Shown: positions 20,799-30,693 of the stretch, piece after piece
Layout: every line of letters begins with the position of its first letter
How positions within the stretch are numbered: the stretch's first letter is position 1
Source: Nitrosopumilaceae archaeon
GTDB lineage: Archaea; Thermoproteota; Nitrososphaeria; Nitrososphaerales; Nitrosopumilaceae
Length of the DNA stretch: 64,000 bases
Direction of reading: 5' to 3'
Assembly: GCA_965200155.1 (NCBI GenBank)
Contig: CBDATR010000034.1
Location: 32,001 to 96,000, forward strand
The notes under the pieces: generated by a model
Told to the model about the DNA's origin: nothing
The model's input: only the letters and a program-made list of their open reading frames with translations
Databases searched by the model: none
Made by a program: the position numbers and the translations under genes

Positions 20799-22441
20799 TT
20801 ACCTTATCTTATGATAGATTATCAAGTATGGTTGGCGCCCCCGTGCAGAAAATTCGTGACTTTTTGCCATATCTGGGACTGGATATAGAATATGAGGATA
20901 ATGACACGGTAAGGATAGAGTACAGCCCCAACCGTCCGGACTATTCTACCGAGTTTGGGGTATCCATAGGACTGCAGGGCATATTGGGTATTACAACAGG
21001 ACTGTACCGGATTAACGTACATGACTCGGACAGGCATTTGGTGGCGCACGATTCTGTAAGTGCGGTAAGGTCGTGCATAACGGGGATAGCCGCGATGGGG
21101 GGCGTCCTGGATGATCATTCCATACGGCAGATAATATCCATGCAGGAGGACTTGCACCAGGGGCTGGGCCGCCGGAGGGCCAAGCTGGCCATAGGACTGC
21201 ATGACATGGATGCGCTGCAGTTTCCCCTCACGTATACGGTGAAGAATAGGGAGTTTGAGTTTGTGCCCTTGGGTCATGATGAGTCCATGTCTATTAATGA
21301 CATACTGAGTAATACCGAGCAGGGTCGCGCATATGGGGCATTACTGCCGCCGGGGCCGGTCCCCATAATACATGATGAAAGAGGAACAGTGGCGTCCATG
21401 CCTCCGGTAATAAATTCCGGTCATACCACTGTCACAGCGGGCACGAGGAATATTCTGGTGGATATAACCGGTAATGACAGGACGCATATTGAGAATGCCC
21501 TGTCCGTTGTATGTGTTACACTGCAGGCCGCCGGGTTCACAATACAACGGCTGAATATATCCGGGGCGGGGAACAGTACTCCTCCACTTAATGATAGAGT
21601 CATTGACATGGATGTGAATATGTCGAATAGCGTACTGGGGCTGGACATGAATGAGCAATCTGTGATAGACTGTATTAGAAAGTCGCGCCTTGATGGTTAT
21701 GCTGATTCCGGTATCATAAAGTGCACCATTCCGCCGTACCGCTTTGATATACTGGGCGAGATGGATTTGGTAGAAGAGGTAGCCCTAGGGTATGGCATAT
21801 ATAATATGGAACCGGCGCTGCCCCCGTCACCGGTACCGGGGCAGGCAAGCATGCAATCCAGGAATATACGATACGTAAATGATATCATGACCGGGCTTGG
21901 GTACATGGAGGTGATGAACTCCAGCCTAGTGGGTGAGCAAATACAACGGAATTGTGGCCGTAGCGGTAGTGACATGATGGTATCTAATCCCAAGAGCCAG
22001 AGTCATACTATGCTGCGAGACATTTTGTTGCCGGGACTTTTGGGTAATTTATCTAGCAATATACACGAGCCATATCCTCACAAGTTATACGAGATTGGTA
22101 CCATATTCATTCCAAGAGATGAGAGGTTACACTTGGGGTGTATCGTGGCGCACAAGGACGCATCGTACTCGGAGATAAAATCCATATTGTCGGGTATGTG
22201 CCGGGACTTGGGTGTGGATGTACAGACACCATCCGGTGATGAAGGAATGTTCCTGAAAGAGATGTTCCAGGTAGGGTGTGCCGCACATGTGTGTGTGGGG
22301 GAGTGTGTAGTTGGCTCGATAGGTGAGGTATACGGTGCGGTGCGGGATGCATTTAAGATACGGGAGGGAATATCCGTTGCGGCCTTTGAGGTTGATCTTG
22401 GATTAATATTTGAGTTGTGCGGTTTCAAATCTGCCCCATAG
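20789..22441 (+). CDS. pheT: phenylalanyl-tRNA synthetase beta subunit
   Basis: MPVV start, PNRPD, PPVINS and PPYRFDIL...DLVEEVA motifs. Confidence 0.95.
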   Translation: MPVVTLSYDRLSSMVGAPVQKIRDFLPYLGLDIEYEDNDTVRIEYSPNRPDYSTEFGVSIGLQGILGITTGLYRINVHDSDRHLVAHDSVSAVRSCITGIAAMGGVLDDHSIRQIISMQEDLHQGLGRRRAKLAIGLHDMDALQFPLTYTVKNREFEFVPLGHDESMSINDILSNTEQGRAYGALLPPGPVPIIHDERGTVASMPPVINSGHTTVTAGTRNILVDITGNDRTHIENALSVVCVTLQAAGFTIQRLNISGAGNSTPPLNDRVIDMDVNMSNSVLGLDMNEQSVIDCIRKSRLDGYADSGIIKCTIPPYRFDILGEMDLVEEVALGYGIYNMEPALPPSPVPGQASMQSRNIRYVNDIMTGLGYMEVMNSSLVGEQIQRNCGRSGSDMMVSNPKSQSHTMLRDILLPGLLGNLSSNIHEPYPHKLYEIGTIFIPRDERLHLGCIVAHKDASYSEIKSILSGMCRDLGVDVQTPSGDEGMFLKEMFQVGCAAHVCVGECVVGSIGEVYGAVRDAFKIREGISVAAFEVDLGLIFELCGFKSAP

Positions 22442-22454
22442 AGCAGGCACGCAG

Positions 22455-22676
22455 ACGGATCGTGATGAGTAGATCGTGCAGATCGCGTTGATCCACGATT
22501 CACCCAGGTGTGCTACAGGGGGCAAACCCCGGTTAGAGAGTTCGGCGAGGATAATGGCTATACCCTGTGAAACCGGAAGAGTCAGTGCCGGGGAACATTG
22601 TTATAATGAAATACTGTTATCTAGTATACCTGCATGTGCGACCGGTACTGCATGGGTGGTGGTATGATTTCAAGAA
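22455..22676 (+). ncRNA. candidate structured RNA (possibly an IS200/IS605 right-end omega-RNA relic)
   Basis: Nested complementary segments CACCCA/TGGGTG, ACAGGG/CCCTGT, CAGTGCCGG/CCGGTACTG and a GGGG-CAAA-CCCC hairpin; ends in TTCAA. Confidence 0.3.
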
Positions 22677-22821
22677 TGACGGATAGTTGTAATTAGCATG
22701 ATTTTAGCGCGTGGTAGAAGTGGATTGATACATGTGTTCTTCTACAATGACTGTGTCCTGATGTGTGGTCATGCCCGGATTTTCAAAAATAATATAGCGG
22801 GGAATCATATCAAATACAGTC

Positions 22822-23136
22822 ATGAATATGTTGGTACCTGTAGTAGCTGTGGCAGTGATTGCGGCCGGTTGGGGAGGCGGCTTTTGGGCAGATGCCACGT
22901 TTCACCAGGATGTGGTAATGTTCGGGGAAGACTGCCAACTTAGACTGGATAATCGCGTGAATATCACCGGTATAGCTTACTCATCGTATGATGAGGGGCA
23001 CCTCTTAGTATGTCGTGATTCTATATCTGATGGCTGGGAGTTCCGGGACCAGTACGAATATTGTATTGTTACAGTAGCTGCCGATGACACGCGCGCATCC
23101 GGTTCACTTCGATGCTGGAACAATGAACAGGAGTAG
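22822..23136 (+). CDS. small secreted hypothetical protein, C-terminus clipped by IS66 insertion
   Basis: Hydrophobic N-terminus. The stop codon TAG uses the first G of the IS TIR. The reading frame continues after the distal TSD as YAIHWVIL*. Confidence 0.6.
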   Translation: MNMLVPVVAVAVIAAGWGGGFWADATFHQDVVMFGEDCQLRLDNRVNITGIAYSSYDEGHLLVCRDSISDGWEFRDQYEYCIVTVAADDTRASGSLRCWNNEQE

Positions 23137-24801
23137 TATGAGTTCACGTGTTTTGATCACATAATAAGATAGAATACATCCCAGTTTTTTTAATTATAAC
23201 TGCATTCTGGCAGCAACCTCGTTCATTACAGAAAGGCCTTGAGCCCTCCATGTCTGAACGCATGATACGAATGTAGACATGCGGCGCATTGCCCTTTCGC
23301 CACCCTTTATCTGGCCACTAATCTTGCGGAATACCACTGCGTATCGCAAAGCCTGCTCCGCTGGATTGTTGGTGGGCTCTACACTGTCATATTCTAAGAA
23401 TACGAACATGCCTGGTATGGCCTTATTCAATCCTTTTACCTTCTTTTGTAGTTCAGTATCATCAACATCACAGTACTGATGCATCTGCTCCTGTCTCAAA
23501 TGAGTGTCGTAATTGCGCGGACGGCCCGCAGCGATTCAGGGATTCCCGTGCGCTCCGGAACAATCCTTTCAGGTCGTTGTCAAGTTTGATCCGGGTGTCC
23601 TGAGCACCGGGATCGATATAGAATCCTGCATGTAATGCCTGGGTATCGCGCAATAAATGCGCCCAACACAACTGGTGCTTCCCACCGTCATCAAACCGGC
23701 GATACACAACGTACCTGTCTGTGACTATCGCACCATGGTAACCGTTCAGGTATTTGTTCACTACATTTGAACTCCTACTTTTGTCATATATGGACATCAT
23801 CCACTCTTCGGCTCGCATCCCCCATACCCAGCCACGCCTACCCGCCAGTGATATACCAGTTTCGTCCACATGAATGCTGGGTGATTTTATTATATTCTCA
23901 TGAATTGTTTCCATAAATGATTCACATGCATCGGCGGCCCTGGCAATTATGTTGTTTACTGCACCCACCGATATATTTAGGCCGAAGAGATCCCTCGAAA
24001 TTACAGGTATGCGTTTTATTGGAATCTTTTCCGCACGCAATGCAGTGATGGCACCGCATAATTTAACCCCAAAACTACCACTCTTTGGGACGCCCGCTGC
24101 TGGGGCCAGTTGTTTTTTGCCGCACTTGCATGCAGCCATTTCTATCATATGGTGGGTCTCCTCTATTTTGGCTGGTATTAATTCCGTTATGTGTCGTTGT
24201 TTCCAACCAATTTTTGTCATCATATTGCCGCACTCACATAGTGGAGTATGCTCAAAGGTGTGATGCACTATTCTGCCGGGGTTGTGGGAACGGGAAACCC
24301 CCTTGTGTCCCTTTTGAGCGCCAGCCTTTTTGGCTGATTTAGTACTGGCTTCTTTCTGTTTCTTATTATCTCCCTGTTTTCGCTTCTGCTCCTCCTGTTT
24401 TCGCTTCTTGTACTGGAGGGATTGAAGGGATGGTGGCGAGTGAGCATTCTCATAATATTTAAGTCGCGTTGTGAGTACCGCAATTTTCCCCTGTTTTTCT
24501 TCTAATTTCTCATTCAATTCATTTACATAATTCCTAATAATTTGGAAATCTTGTGTGAGATTTCGTATTTCTTTTGTGGTGCGGGACACATATGCTTCCA
24601 ATACTCTCACACGTTCCTTGTAATGTGCAAGATCTTTCTCGGTAGACGCAAGGGTATCCTGAAGAAGTTTATTTTCCAGTTCCAATTCCTTATAGGACCG
24701 GCGTCTTCTCATTAGATTCTTATTGCAAATTTGGTATTTAAGTAAAATATTGCCATACCAATCTATATCTTAGTGAATGATCAAAACACGTGAACTCATA
24801 C
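23136..24801 (-). mobile_element. IS66-family element (single-ORF, ISBst12-like), copy 1, transposase frameshifted
   Basis: 24-bp TIR GTATGAGTTCACGTGTTTTGATCA; 8-bp TSD CAGGAGTA (23128-23135 and 24802-24809). Transposase has SPPS, Cys Zn motif, HVDETG, TDRY, QLCWAHLLR and PTNNPAEQALR; an 8-bp deletion near 23483 splits the ORF (23468..24712 + 23194..23499). Confidence 0.95.
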
Positions 24802-24830
24802 CAGGAGTATGCTATCCATTGGGTCATATT

Positions 24831-25040
24831 GTAACCGATTAGGTCACTCAAGTAATTTTTCCTATATTGATACCAAGGCAGTGGCTAAATCCTGTTATTT
24901 CACTACATTTGCGTAAAGGTATCTAGCATACTTTAGTGGCAGTGAGGACCATTCCCCTACCAATTCGGGATGCTTTGCTTGCGCTTATCGGATTTTGTAC
25001 CATGAAAACACTCTCAATTCGGAGCGACCTGGATGGTTAC
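24831..25040. mobile_element. MITE family B (long type)
   Basis: GTAACCGATTAGGTCAC...GCGACCTGGATGGTTAC; internal homology to 29227-29419, 56754-56946 and 56956-57231. Confidence 0.75.
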
Positions 25041-25049
25041 TGCTCCAAA

Positions 25050-25170
25050 GTAACCGCTTAGGTCACACCCTGACAACCGTCTAAAATACATCACGAACAT
25101 GTTTGTCTATCCTGATATCTCATATGTCCATGCATAGATGTATGATCTTTAACGCGACCTAAACGGTCAC
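25050..25170. mobile_element. MITE family B (short type)
   Basis: GTAACCGCTTAGGTCAC...GCGACCTAAACGGTCAC; 8-bp TSD GCTCCAAA (25042-25049 and 25171-25178). Confidence 0.85.
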
Positions 25171-25221
25171 GCTCCAAATAGTGCAAGAGTTATAAGGATT
25201 TTCAATCCCACTTTATATCAC

Positions 25222-25295
25222 GCTTCGATAGCTCAGCCTGGTAGAGCGTTACCTTGGTAAGGTAAAGGTCGCGGGTCCGGATCCCGCTCGAAGCT
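25222..25295 (+). tRNA. tRNA-Thr(GGT), intronless, CCA not encoded
   Basis: Acceptor stem GCTTCGA/TCGAAGC, D-arm TAGCTCAGCCTGGTAGAGC, anticodon arm TTACC-TTGGTAA-GGTAA, T-arm GCGGG-TCCGGAT-CCCGC. Confidence 0.95.
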
Positions 25296-25334
25296 TTCAA
25301 CTATAAAAAGCCTAATTGTTAACCATATACTCGC

Positions 25335-26150
25335 ATGAAACTGGAAAGGGTGGTTATAGGCGCCAAGTTTGGCTCGGTAGCGGCCGAGAAGGCAGCCAGG
25401 GACGCTGCCCAGCGATTCTTAGGGTGCGGTTGCGAGGTCCGGGTGGTGTCACCTGTATCTACAGGTGGCGCCATCACGGTGGAAACGCTGGAGGACATGG
25501 CCGGATTCAGGCCGGACTTGGCCGTAACCCTGGGTGGAGATGGTACAACTCTGCGCACACTGCGGCATCTTGCAGATGAGACGCCCGTACTTACCATAAA
25601 TGTCGGCGGGAACCGCGGCATATTATCGGAGATTACCATGGCACAACTGGATCAGGCAATAAAACAGATGTTATCTGATGATATCATACTTGAAAAGCGC
25701 ATAAGGGTGGTGGCATCATATAATGGCGAGGAGTTTCCCCCTGCTCTCAACGAGATTTACATAACGCGCTCCAATCTTACTCGCACCGCAAATATGATGA
25801 TAAAATTCCAGAATGATACTATAAAACAAAAGATGGATGGAGTAATGGTATCGACGCCCAGCGGCTCTACGGGACACTCGTTCTCGCTGGGTGGTCCCAT
25901 AATGCACGAGAGCCTTAATGTCCTTATCATTACGCCGGTAGCGCCCGTATACCGGCTGGCTTCCATAGTGGTACCTGACGATATGATAGAGATTATTCCC
26001 TCGCATAACTGCAGTATAGTGGTAGATGCGCAGGTAGTAACATCAGCCGGATACGGGGAGACTATTACCATCAAGAAATACCGTCACAGGGCGGTCTTTG
26101 TAAGGCTAAAGAAGCGGGGACTCCGGCAGATGACCAAGATGGGGTTCTAA
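25335..26150 (+). CDS. nadK: NAD kinase
   Basis: LGGDGT, LNE, DG...STPSGSTGHSFSLGGP motifs. Confidence 0.93.
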   Translation: MKLERVVIGAKFGSVAAEKAARDAAQRFLGCGCEVRVVSPVSTGGAITVETLEDMAGFRPDLAVTLGGDGTTLRTLRHLADETPVLTINVGGNRGILSEITMAQLDQAIKQMLSDDIILEKRIRVVASYNGEEFPPALNEIYITRSNLTRTANMMIKFQNDTIKQKMDGVMVSTPSGSTGHSFSLGGPIMHESLNVLIITPVAPVYRLASIVVPDDMIEIIPSHNCSIVVDAQVVTSAGYGETITIKKYRHRAVFVRLKKRGLRQMTKMGF

Positions 26151-26176
26151 TATAATTCCCATATTATGAACAACCA

Positions 26177-26659
26177 CTAAATGGGGCGCATGCGTCTGCG
26201 CAATGGTGTCCCGCAAATCGTGCATGTCTTGGCCGGTCTGCTGGTGATTTTACATGCAGGACACGTATAAGACCATACTACTGTTGCGCGTATTCCCCTA
26301 GTCATTACGGGGTGCACTACTATGCCGATATGCTTTGCGACATTGGATAGGGCATAGTCATCTGTCACTATTTCGTTCCCGGTCTGTATGGCAAGAGCCA
26401 GTATGGATACGTCCTGGGCCGAGAGCTCAGTAATATCCCCTGTCTTTTGGGCGGCGCCGGTGGCCGCGTTCACGGACTCTTTGTCCGGTGATAGTACAAG
26501 TAATCTTCCGGCATCTTTGAGCGCCTGTATTGCCTTTTGTCTGCCCTTTATGTGCTGAATCTCGAGGTATACTTCTGGTGTAGTGCAGTATGGGGTAGTT
26601 GATCCAAAGGGTACTCCCGCATAGAATCCGCTGGCATCCAGTATGTGCATAGGAATCAT
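26177..26659 (-). CDS. nob1: Nob1-family PIN endonuclease with Zn ribbon
   Basis: ILDAS, LSAQD, VTDDYALSNVA and CPAC...CTICG motifs. Confidence 0.9.
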   Translation of the reverse strand: MIPMHILDASGFYAGVPFGSTTPYCTTPEVYLEIQHIKGRQKAIQALKDAGRLLVLSPDKESVNAATGAAQKTGDITELSAQDVSILALAIQTGNEIVTDDYALSNVAKHIGIVVHPVMTRGIRATVVWSYTCPACKITSRPAKTCTICGTPLRRRMRPI

Positions 26660-26690
26660 GTATTGTCTTGTTTAATCTATAATTTGTGTA

Positions 26691-27212
26691 TCATTCCAGC
26701 GGGGCTGCCCAGCCACCGCCGGTAAAGCGGTATCTCCGGTTCTCTGCATGCGCCTCATACAGGCGCCACCTGGTAGTCTTGGCGTCAAATGTATAGATTA
26801 CGCCGGTACAGCCTGCGGGCAGCTTCTCTATGTGGTATGGGAGCAACTCCAGTACAAAGTCTATCTTTTCTATGGAGTTGTCAAACCACTGCCTGTCTCC
26901 GGCATCTATGACAAAGGTGATGTTTGGCGTGCCCCGAAATACTATCCGTATCTTTACCGCGTTACCCGAGCCCCGGCGCCGCTTCATCTCCTTGAAGAGA
27001 CTCTTTACCTTCTCCCATCTTCTGTAATCAAACCACTCAAAGAATTCGTCGCTAAAATCCACGGGTACGTATATGTCCAGCCTACTTACAAATTCCGGTT
27101 CCTCCTGTTCGATCTCGCTCTGCTGTATGTTGAATCTGGATCTAAAGTATCCATACAGAACTTCTATCTCCCAGGGCGATATGCCGTAGTAGCGGAAGAG
27201 TACCTGAGCCAT
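26691..27212 (-). CDS. hypothetical protein
   Basis: Likely start ATG 27212 (MAQVLFRYYG); the upstream ORF extension is antisense to 27265..27582. Confidence 0.7.
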   Translation of the reverse strand: MAQVLFRYYGISPWEIEVLYGYFRSRFNIQQSEIEQEEPEFVSRLDIYVPVDFSDEFFEWFDYRRWEKVKSLFKEMKRRRGSGNAVKIRIVFRGTPNITFVIDAGDRQWFDNSIEKIDFVLELLPYHIEKLPAGCTGVIYTFDAKTTRWRLYEAHAENRRYRFTGGGWAAPLE

Positions 27213-27264
27213 TATACAATATCTGTATGGCAAATATATATGGCTCATCATAATATTTTGTGTC

Positions 27265-27582
27265 GTGAAGAAAGAGTATGTTGTAAAGAGCATAGATGCA
27301 GCTCCTGACGGGGCTCCATACGTTGTAGTGTCACTCTCATCACTGAAAGATGTGGGGGAGGGTAACGTGGCACCCTCATCGCCATTTGGCCAGCCAAAGA
27401 TGATGGGATTTACCAATATGGGTGATATGATGAAGGACCTGAATCGTATGCTGGGCGGTATGGGCAATAACACCGGTATCACACAGCTCAAAATGGACAT
27501 GCGTGAGTACAAGGACATGAATCTCTCCGTGGGCGACAGGGTATATCTGGAGCTTACTAGGGCCGAGTCTCTGGGAATTTAA
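27265..27582 (+). CDS. hypothetical protein
   Basis: 105-aa ORF ending in a YKDMNLSVGDRV beta-barrel-like pattern. Confidence 0.7.
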   Translation: MKKEYVVKSIDAAPDGAPYVVVSLSSLKDVGEGNVAPSSPFGQPKMMGFTNMGDMMKDLNRMLGGMGNNTGITQLKMDMREYKDMNLSVGDRVYLELTRAESLGI

Positions 27583-28145
27583 ACGGTGTTGATGTACTTC
27601 CACAGATAAAGGGATCCCACCGTACCAATGACAAAGAGCATGGGCTTCCATGCCAGAACCGGTATACTGGGCGTTGACAGCTTCACCTTGTAGTCGTTGT
27701 AAATATCCCGTACGTACCGTTTTAACCCGTCATTCCATATTCTGCACTCTATGTGGTATTTGTTCAGTATATCCTGTATCTCGTATATTACCGGTGTTCG
27801 CTGGCTGAACAGGTGTTGTATGTAGTCCCTAGACACTTCCACTTCTGCATGTATTCCGATGAGGCCCTCCTTGAGATCTACCATTCGCACGTGCATCTCC
27901 CATGGTTTTTTCAGCTTGAGGTTGTAGCCGCGCCCTATCTGGTTGGGCTGCTTGTGTTCAAACTTTACCCTGGTAAAGCCCTCCCGGACCAGTATGTTGG
28001 ATATCTCATCAATGCTGTTCCGAACCACCACGTGTAATTGCTCCAGGCCCTCCCGGGCGTCTATGTGTGTTATTCGTCTTATGCCGTCTGCCAGAGAGAC
28101 GGTCTTTGGGTATCGGGTCCTGTATTCCATGCCGCTAAATTTCAC
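27579..28145 (-). CDS. hypothetical protein with C-terminal TM anchor
   Basis: 188-aa ORF with a hydrophobic C-terminus. Confidence 0.7.
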   Translation of the reverse strand: MKFSGMEYRTRYPKTVSLADGIRRITHIDAREGLEQLHVVVRNSIDEISNILVREGFTRVKFEHKQPNQIGRGYNLKLKKPWEMHVRMVDLKEGLIGIHAEVEVSRDYIQHLFSQRTPVIYEIQDILNKYHIECRIWNDGLKRYVRDIYNDYKVKLSTPSIPVLAWKPMLFVIGTVGSLYLWKYINTV

Positions 28146-28181
28146 GAGTATTATTTAAACGGAATTATGAGCGTGAATAAT

Positions 28182-28338
28182 GTAACAGTTTAGGTCACCT
28201 GCATACTTTCTGTTCCAGATAGTCAGTGTCTATGACATGATCAGCAATAGACTGAATGCATTTTGAAACTGTTCAGTCTTCTGCTGTCACTGGCAAGATC
28301 GTACCCGAGCTTGTAAATCTTGTTCAACCTACGGTTAC
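28182..28338. mobile_element. degenerate MITE family B
   Basis: GTAACAGTTTAGGTCAC...ACCTACGGTTAC; no TSD seen. Confidence 0.55.
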
Positions 28339-28409
28339 CATTCAGTGCTTTTGGTTTAAATTTGGTACATCGAACCAAACCATGTCATGGCACCAAGAGG
28401 AAATATACA

Positions 28410-29201
28410 ATGAGTGTCATAACACAGGGGTCCCCTGTACTATTCCAGTATAACCAGACAAAAAAGTGGCTTACTACCATCTCCGGGGATCAGTCGCTGC
28501 ATACGCACATCGGGGTGATACGCCATGCCGATGCCCTGGGCAAGCCATATGGTTCCCGTATTCTTACAAACAAGGAAAAATACGTCTACCTGCTGAAACC
28601 TACCACGTATGACTATATCATGAAGATACAGCATGGCACACAGATTGTGTACCCCAAGGATATAGGATACATACTTGCCCGGTCGGGCTTGCAGGGCGGC
28701 CAGACCGTGCTGGAGATTGGAACAGGAAGCGGCGCCCTGACAACGGCGCTGGCCGGTGTAGTGAGGCCCCGGGGCCGGGTCCATACGTATGATGTGGATG
28801 AAAAGTTCATCAAAATTGCAGAGAAGAACATAAGCCGCGCCGGACTCTCAAAGTATGTGGTGCAGGAGAACCTGGATATTAGAACGCTGGAGGATGTACC
28901 CGCGCTTGACGCGGACTTGGCCATAATAGATTTGGGTGACCCCTGGAGCGTATTGCCACAGGTAAGAAAGATGCTTACCGATAGCGGGATACTGTTCGCC
29001 ATATGCCCTACCATGAACCAGCTGGAGAAACTTGGAGCCGCACTTGTGGAGAACCAGTTCACCGACATTGAGTGCTCTGAGCGTATACTGCGTACCATAG
29101 AGGCACGGGAAGGCAAGACCCGTCACTCATTCCAGGGAATAGGGCATACTGCGTACCTGTGTCATGCGCGCAAGGTATACTTTGGAACAGGCTCTGAATG
29201 A
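28410..29201 (+). CDS. trmI: tRNA (adenine-N1)-methyltransferase
   Basis: TQIVYPKD, VLEIGTGSGALT, DLGDPW and GHTAYL motifs; start ATG 28410. Confidence 0.93.
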   Translation: MSVITQGSPVLFQYNQTKKWLTTISGDQSLHTHIGVIRHADALGKPYGSRILTNKEKYVYLLKPTTYDYIMKIQHGTQIVYPKDIGYILARSGLQGGQTVLEIGTGSGALTTALAGVVRPRGRVHTYDVDEKFIKIAEKNISRAGLSKYVVQENLDIRTLEDVPALDADLAIIDLGDPWSVLPQVRKMLTDSGILFAICPTMNQLEKLGAALVENQFTDIECSERILRTIEAREGKTRHSFQGIGHTAYLCHARKVYFGTGSE

Positions 29202-29820
29202 ATAAAATGCCCTGTCATAATATGATGTAACCGTTTGTGTCGCTCCGAATTGCTTTCATGACACAAAATTCGGTAACCACAAGCTCGAAGCGGTAGGTGA
29301 TAAACCCCACCAGCCCTAACGTATGCTGTGATTGTAAATGTCGCGCAGTGGGATAACAGGATTTAGTCACTACCTTGGTGGCACATTAGGAAAAATACTT
29401 GGGTGACCTAAACGATTACCAGTATGATTAAACCAGTGGTTGTTCTTGGAGTCGATCCCGATCTTTTTGAGCAAGTATGTCATCGTTCTGCTCAATTAGC
29501 GTGTCGTTCTGCTTTGAGTGATGCTTTGCATAGTCAATTAGCGTATTTAGCCGAGAAGCGCTGGTATTCAATGCGTTGAGCATTTCTAATTGCATGTCTC
29601 CCAAGATTATCTTGAATATGGTGAATTCTCCAGTGGCAGCAGTATATTTCACTTGCATATCATCTATTTGTACAGGTTCTTCCAATTTGTTTATGGCAGC
29701 AATGAGTGACTCTATGTACTGTCTTTCACCCTCGCATATGATTAATACGGATTCGTCCTCAAGGTTCTTCACACTACCTTTCAGCCCAATTTCTTTCGCC
29801 ACATTTTTAACACTATTGCG

Positions 29821-29912
29821 GTATGAGTTCACGTCTTCCGGAATCTTATGCACAAATCACATTAACTGTAGCGATCAGTTATGCGTAAATTTAGACACAG
29901 GTGAACTCATAC
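29821..29912. mobile_element. MITE family A, 92 bp
   Basis: TIRs plus TSD CTATTGCG. Confidence 0.95.
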
Positions 29913-29971
29913 CTATTGCGGAGTCCCACCCCCTGAACCTTTCCGGAGACTTGGATTGTGGCTCTTTCTTG

Positions 29972-30070
29972 GTATGAGTTCACGTCTTCCGGAATCTTGT
30001 GCACAAAAGAACCGGTTCTTTAACTGTCGCGATCAGTTGTGCGTAAATTTAGACACAGGTGAACTCATAC
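29972..30070. mobile_element. MITE family A, 99-bp variant
   Basis: TIRs plus TSD CTTTCTTG. Confidence 0.95.
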
Positions 30071-30497
30071 CTTTCTTGTGTCATCGTGTTATGATTCTCG
30101 CTCATTCAATTTAAGCTAAGAGGAGGGAGCAGGAACCATTCATGTCACTTCAAGCAGAGACAGTCGACGCTTGGCGCATTTGGTTCATACTTTTCTTCAT
30201 GTCACTTGATGTGCCATAATTCTATCGCAGTCTGCACAATATGGAGACGTACTTTGAGGATCGTAACCGTTTAGGTTGCCCCAAGCTAAGAAAAGTGCGT
30301 TGCTTCGATTGTTCTTGTGATAGCCGTCTACCTTGCCCCCGGTATGGATAGCATCTGTGTTGAGTCCGCGCTTTCTCCACACCATATCATACAGGTAGTT
30401 ACATTCTAGATGTAACCGTTTAGATCACCTCTGTGCAACCGCTTAAAATACAGCGCTAACATACCCATTTCTGTCTTTTCAATCATGATACCTCACA

Positions 30498-30590
30498 TAT
30501 GGTGGCCACCATAAGTCCTTGTGCAACAAATCTACATTTGTCATATACAACCCCTGTCTTACATGTCAAAGAATTGTGGTGTTCGCTGTA
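30498..30590. mobile_element. MITE family C nested in a MITE-B
   Basis: Homologous to 2887-2980, absent from the equivalent MITE-B at 56116-56258, and bounded by TA. Confidence 0.75.
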
Positions 30591-30693
30591 TGCCCATGAA
30601 TTCACCGTCTAGATGTGTGATCTTTAACGTGACCTAAACGGTTACAATATGATTAGAGAATGGTTTATTACTATAGTGGGTTAGCCACTGCTG

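Larger units (their letters stand above)
29428..30084 (-). pseudogene. acylphosphatase/coiled-coil gene disrupted by two MITE-A insertions
   Basis: Removing both MITEs and one TSD each restores MTQERATIQVSGKVQGVGLRNSVKNVA...GSVKNLEDESV. Confidence 0.88.
29227..30645 (-). mobile_element. MITE-B-bounded composite cassette carrying an acylphosphatase gene (copy 1)
   Basis: Outer ends GTAACCGTTT (29227) and CCTAAACGGTTAC (30645); 8-bp TSD AATATGAT at 29219-29226 and 30646-30653. Internal MITE-B units at 29227-29419, 30263-30402 and 30412-30645. Confidence 0.85.

Noticed and set aside
25196-25310. tRNA-Thr as an integration (att) site for the upstream IS/MITE cluster
   Set aside because: I found no duplicated tRNA fragment and no integrase in the window.
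29821-29853. ORFs starting within MITE/IS ends (MHKIPEDVNSY..., MNSY...; also 49372, 51980, 52635) as a new gene family
   Set aside because: They come from GTG codons in the TIR reading outward into interrupted genes; there is no evidence they are used.
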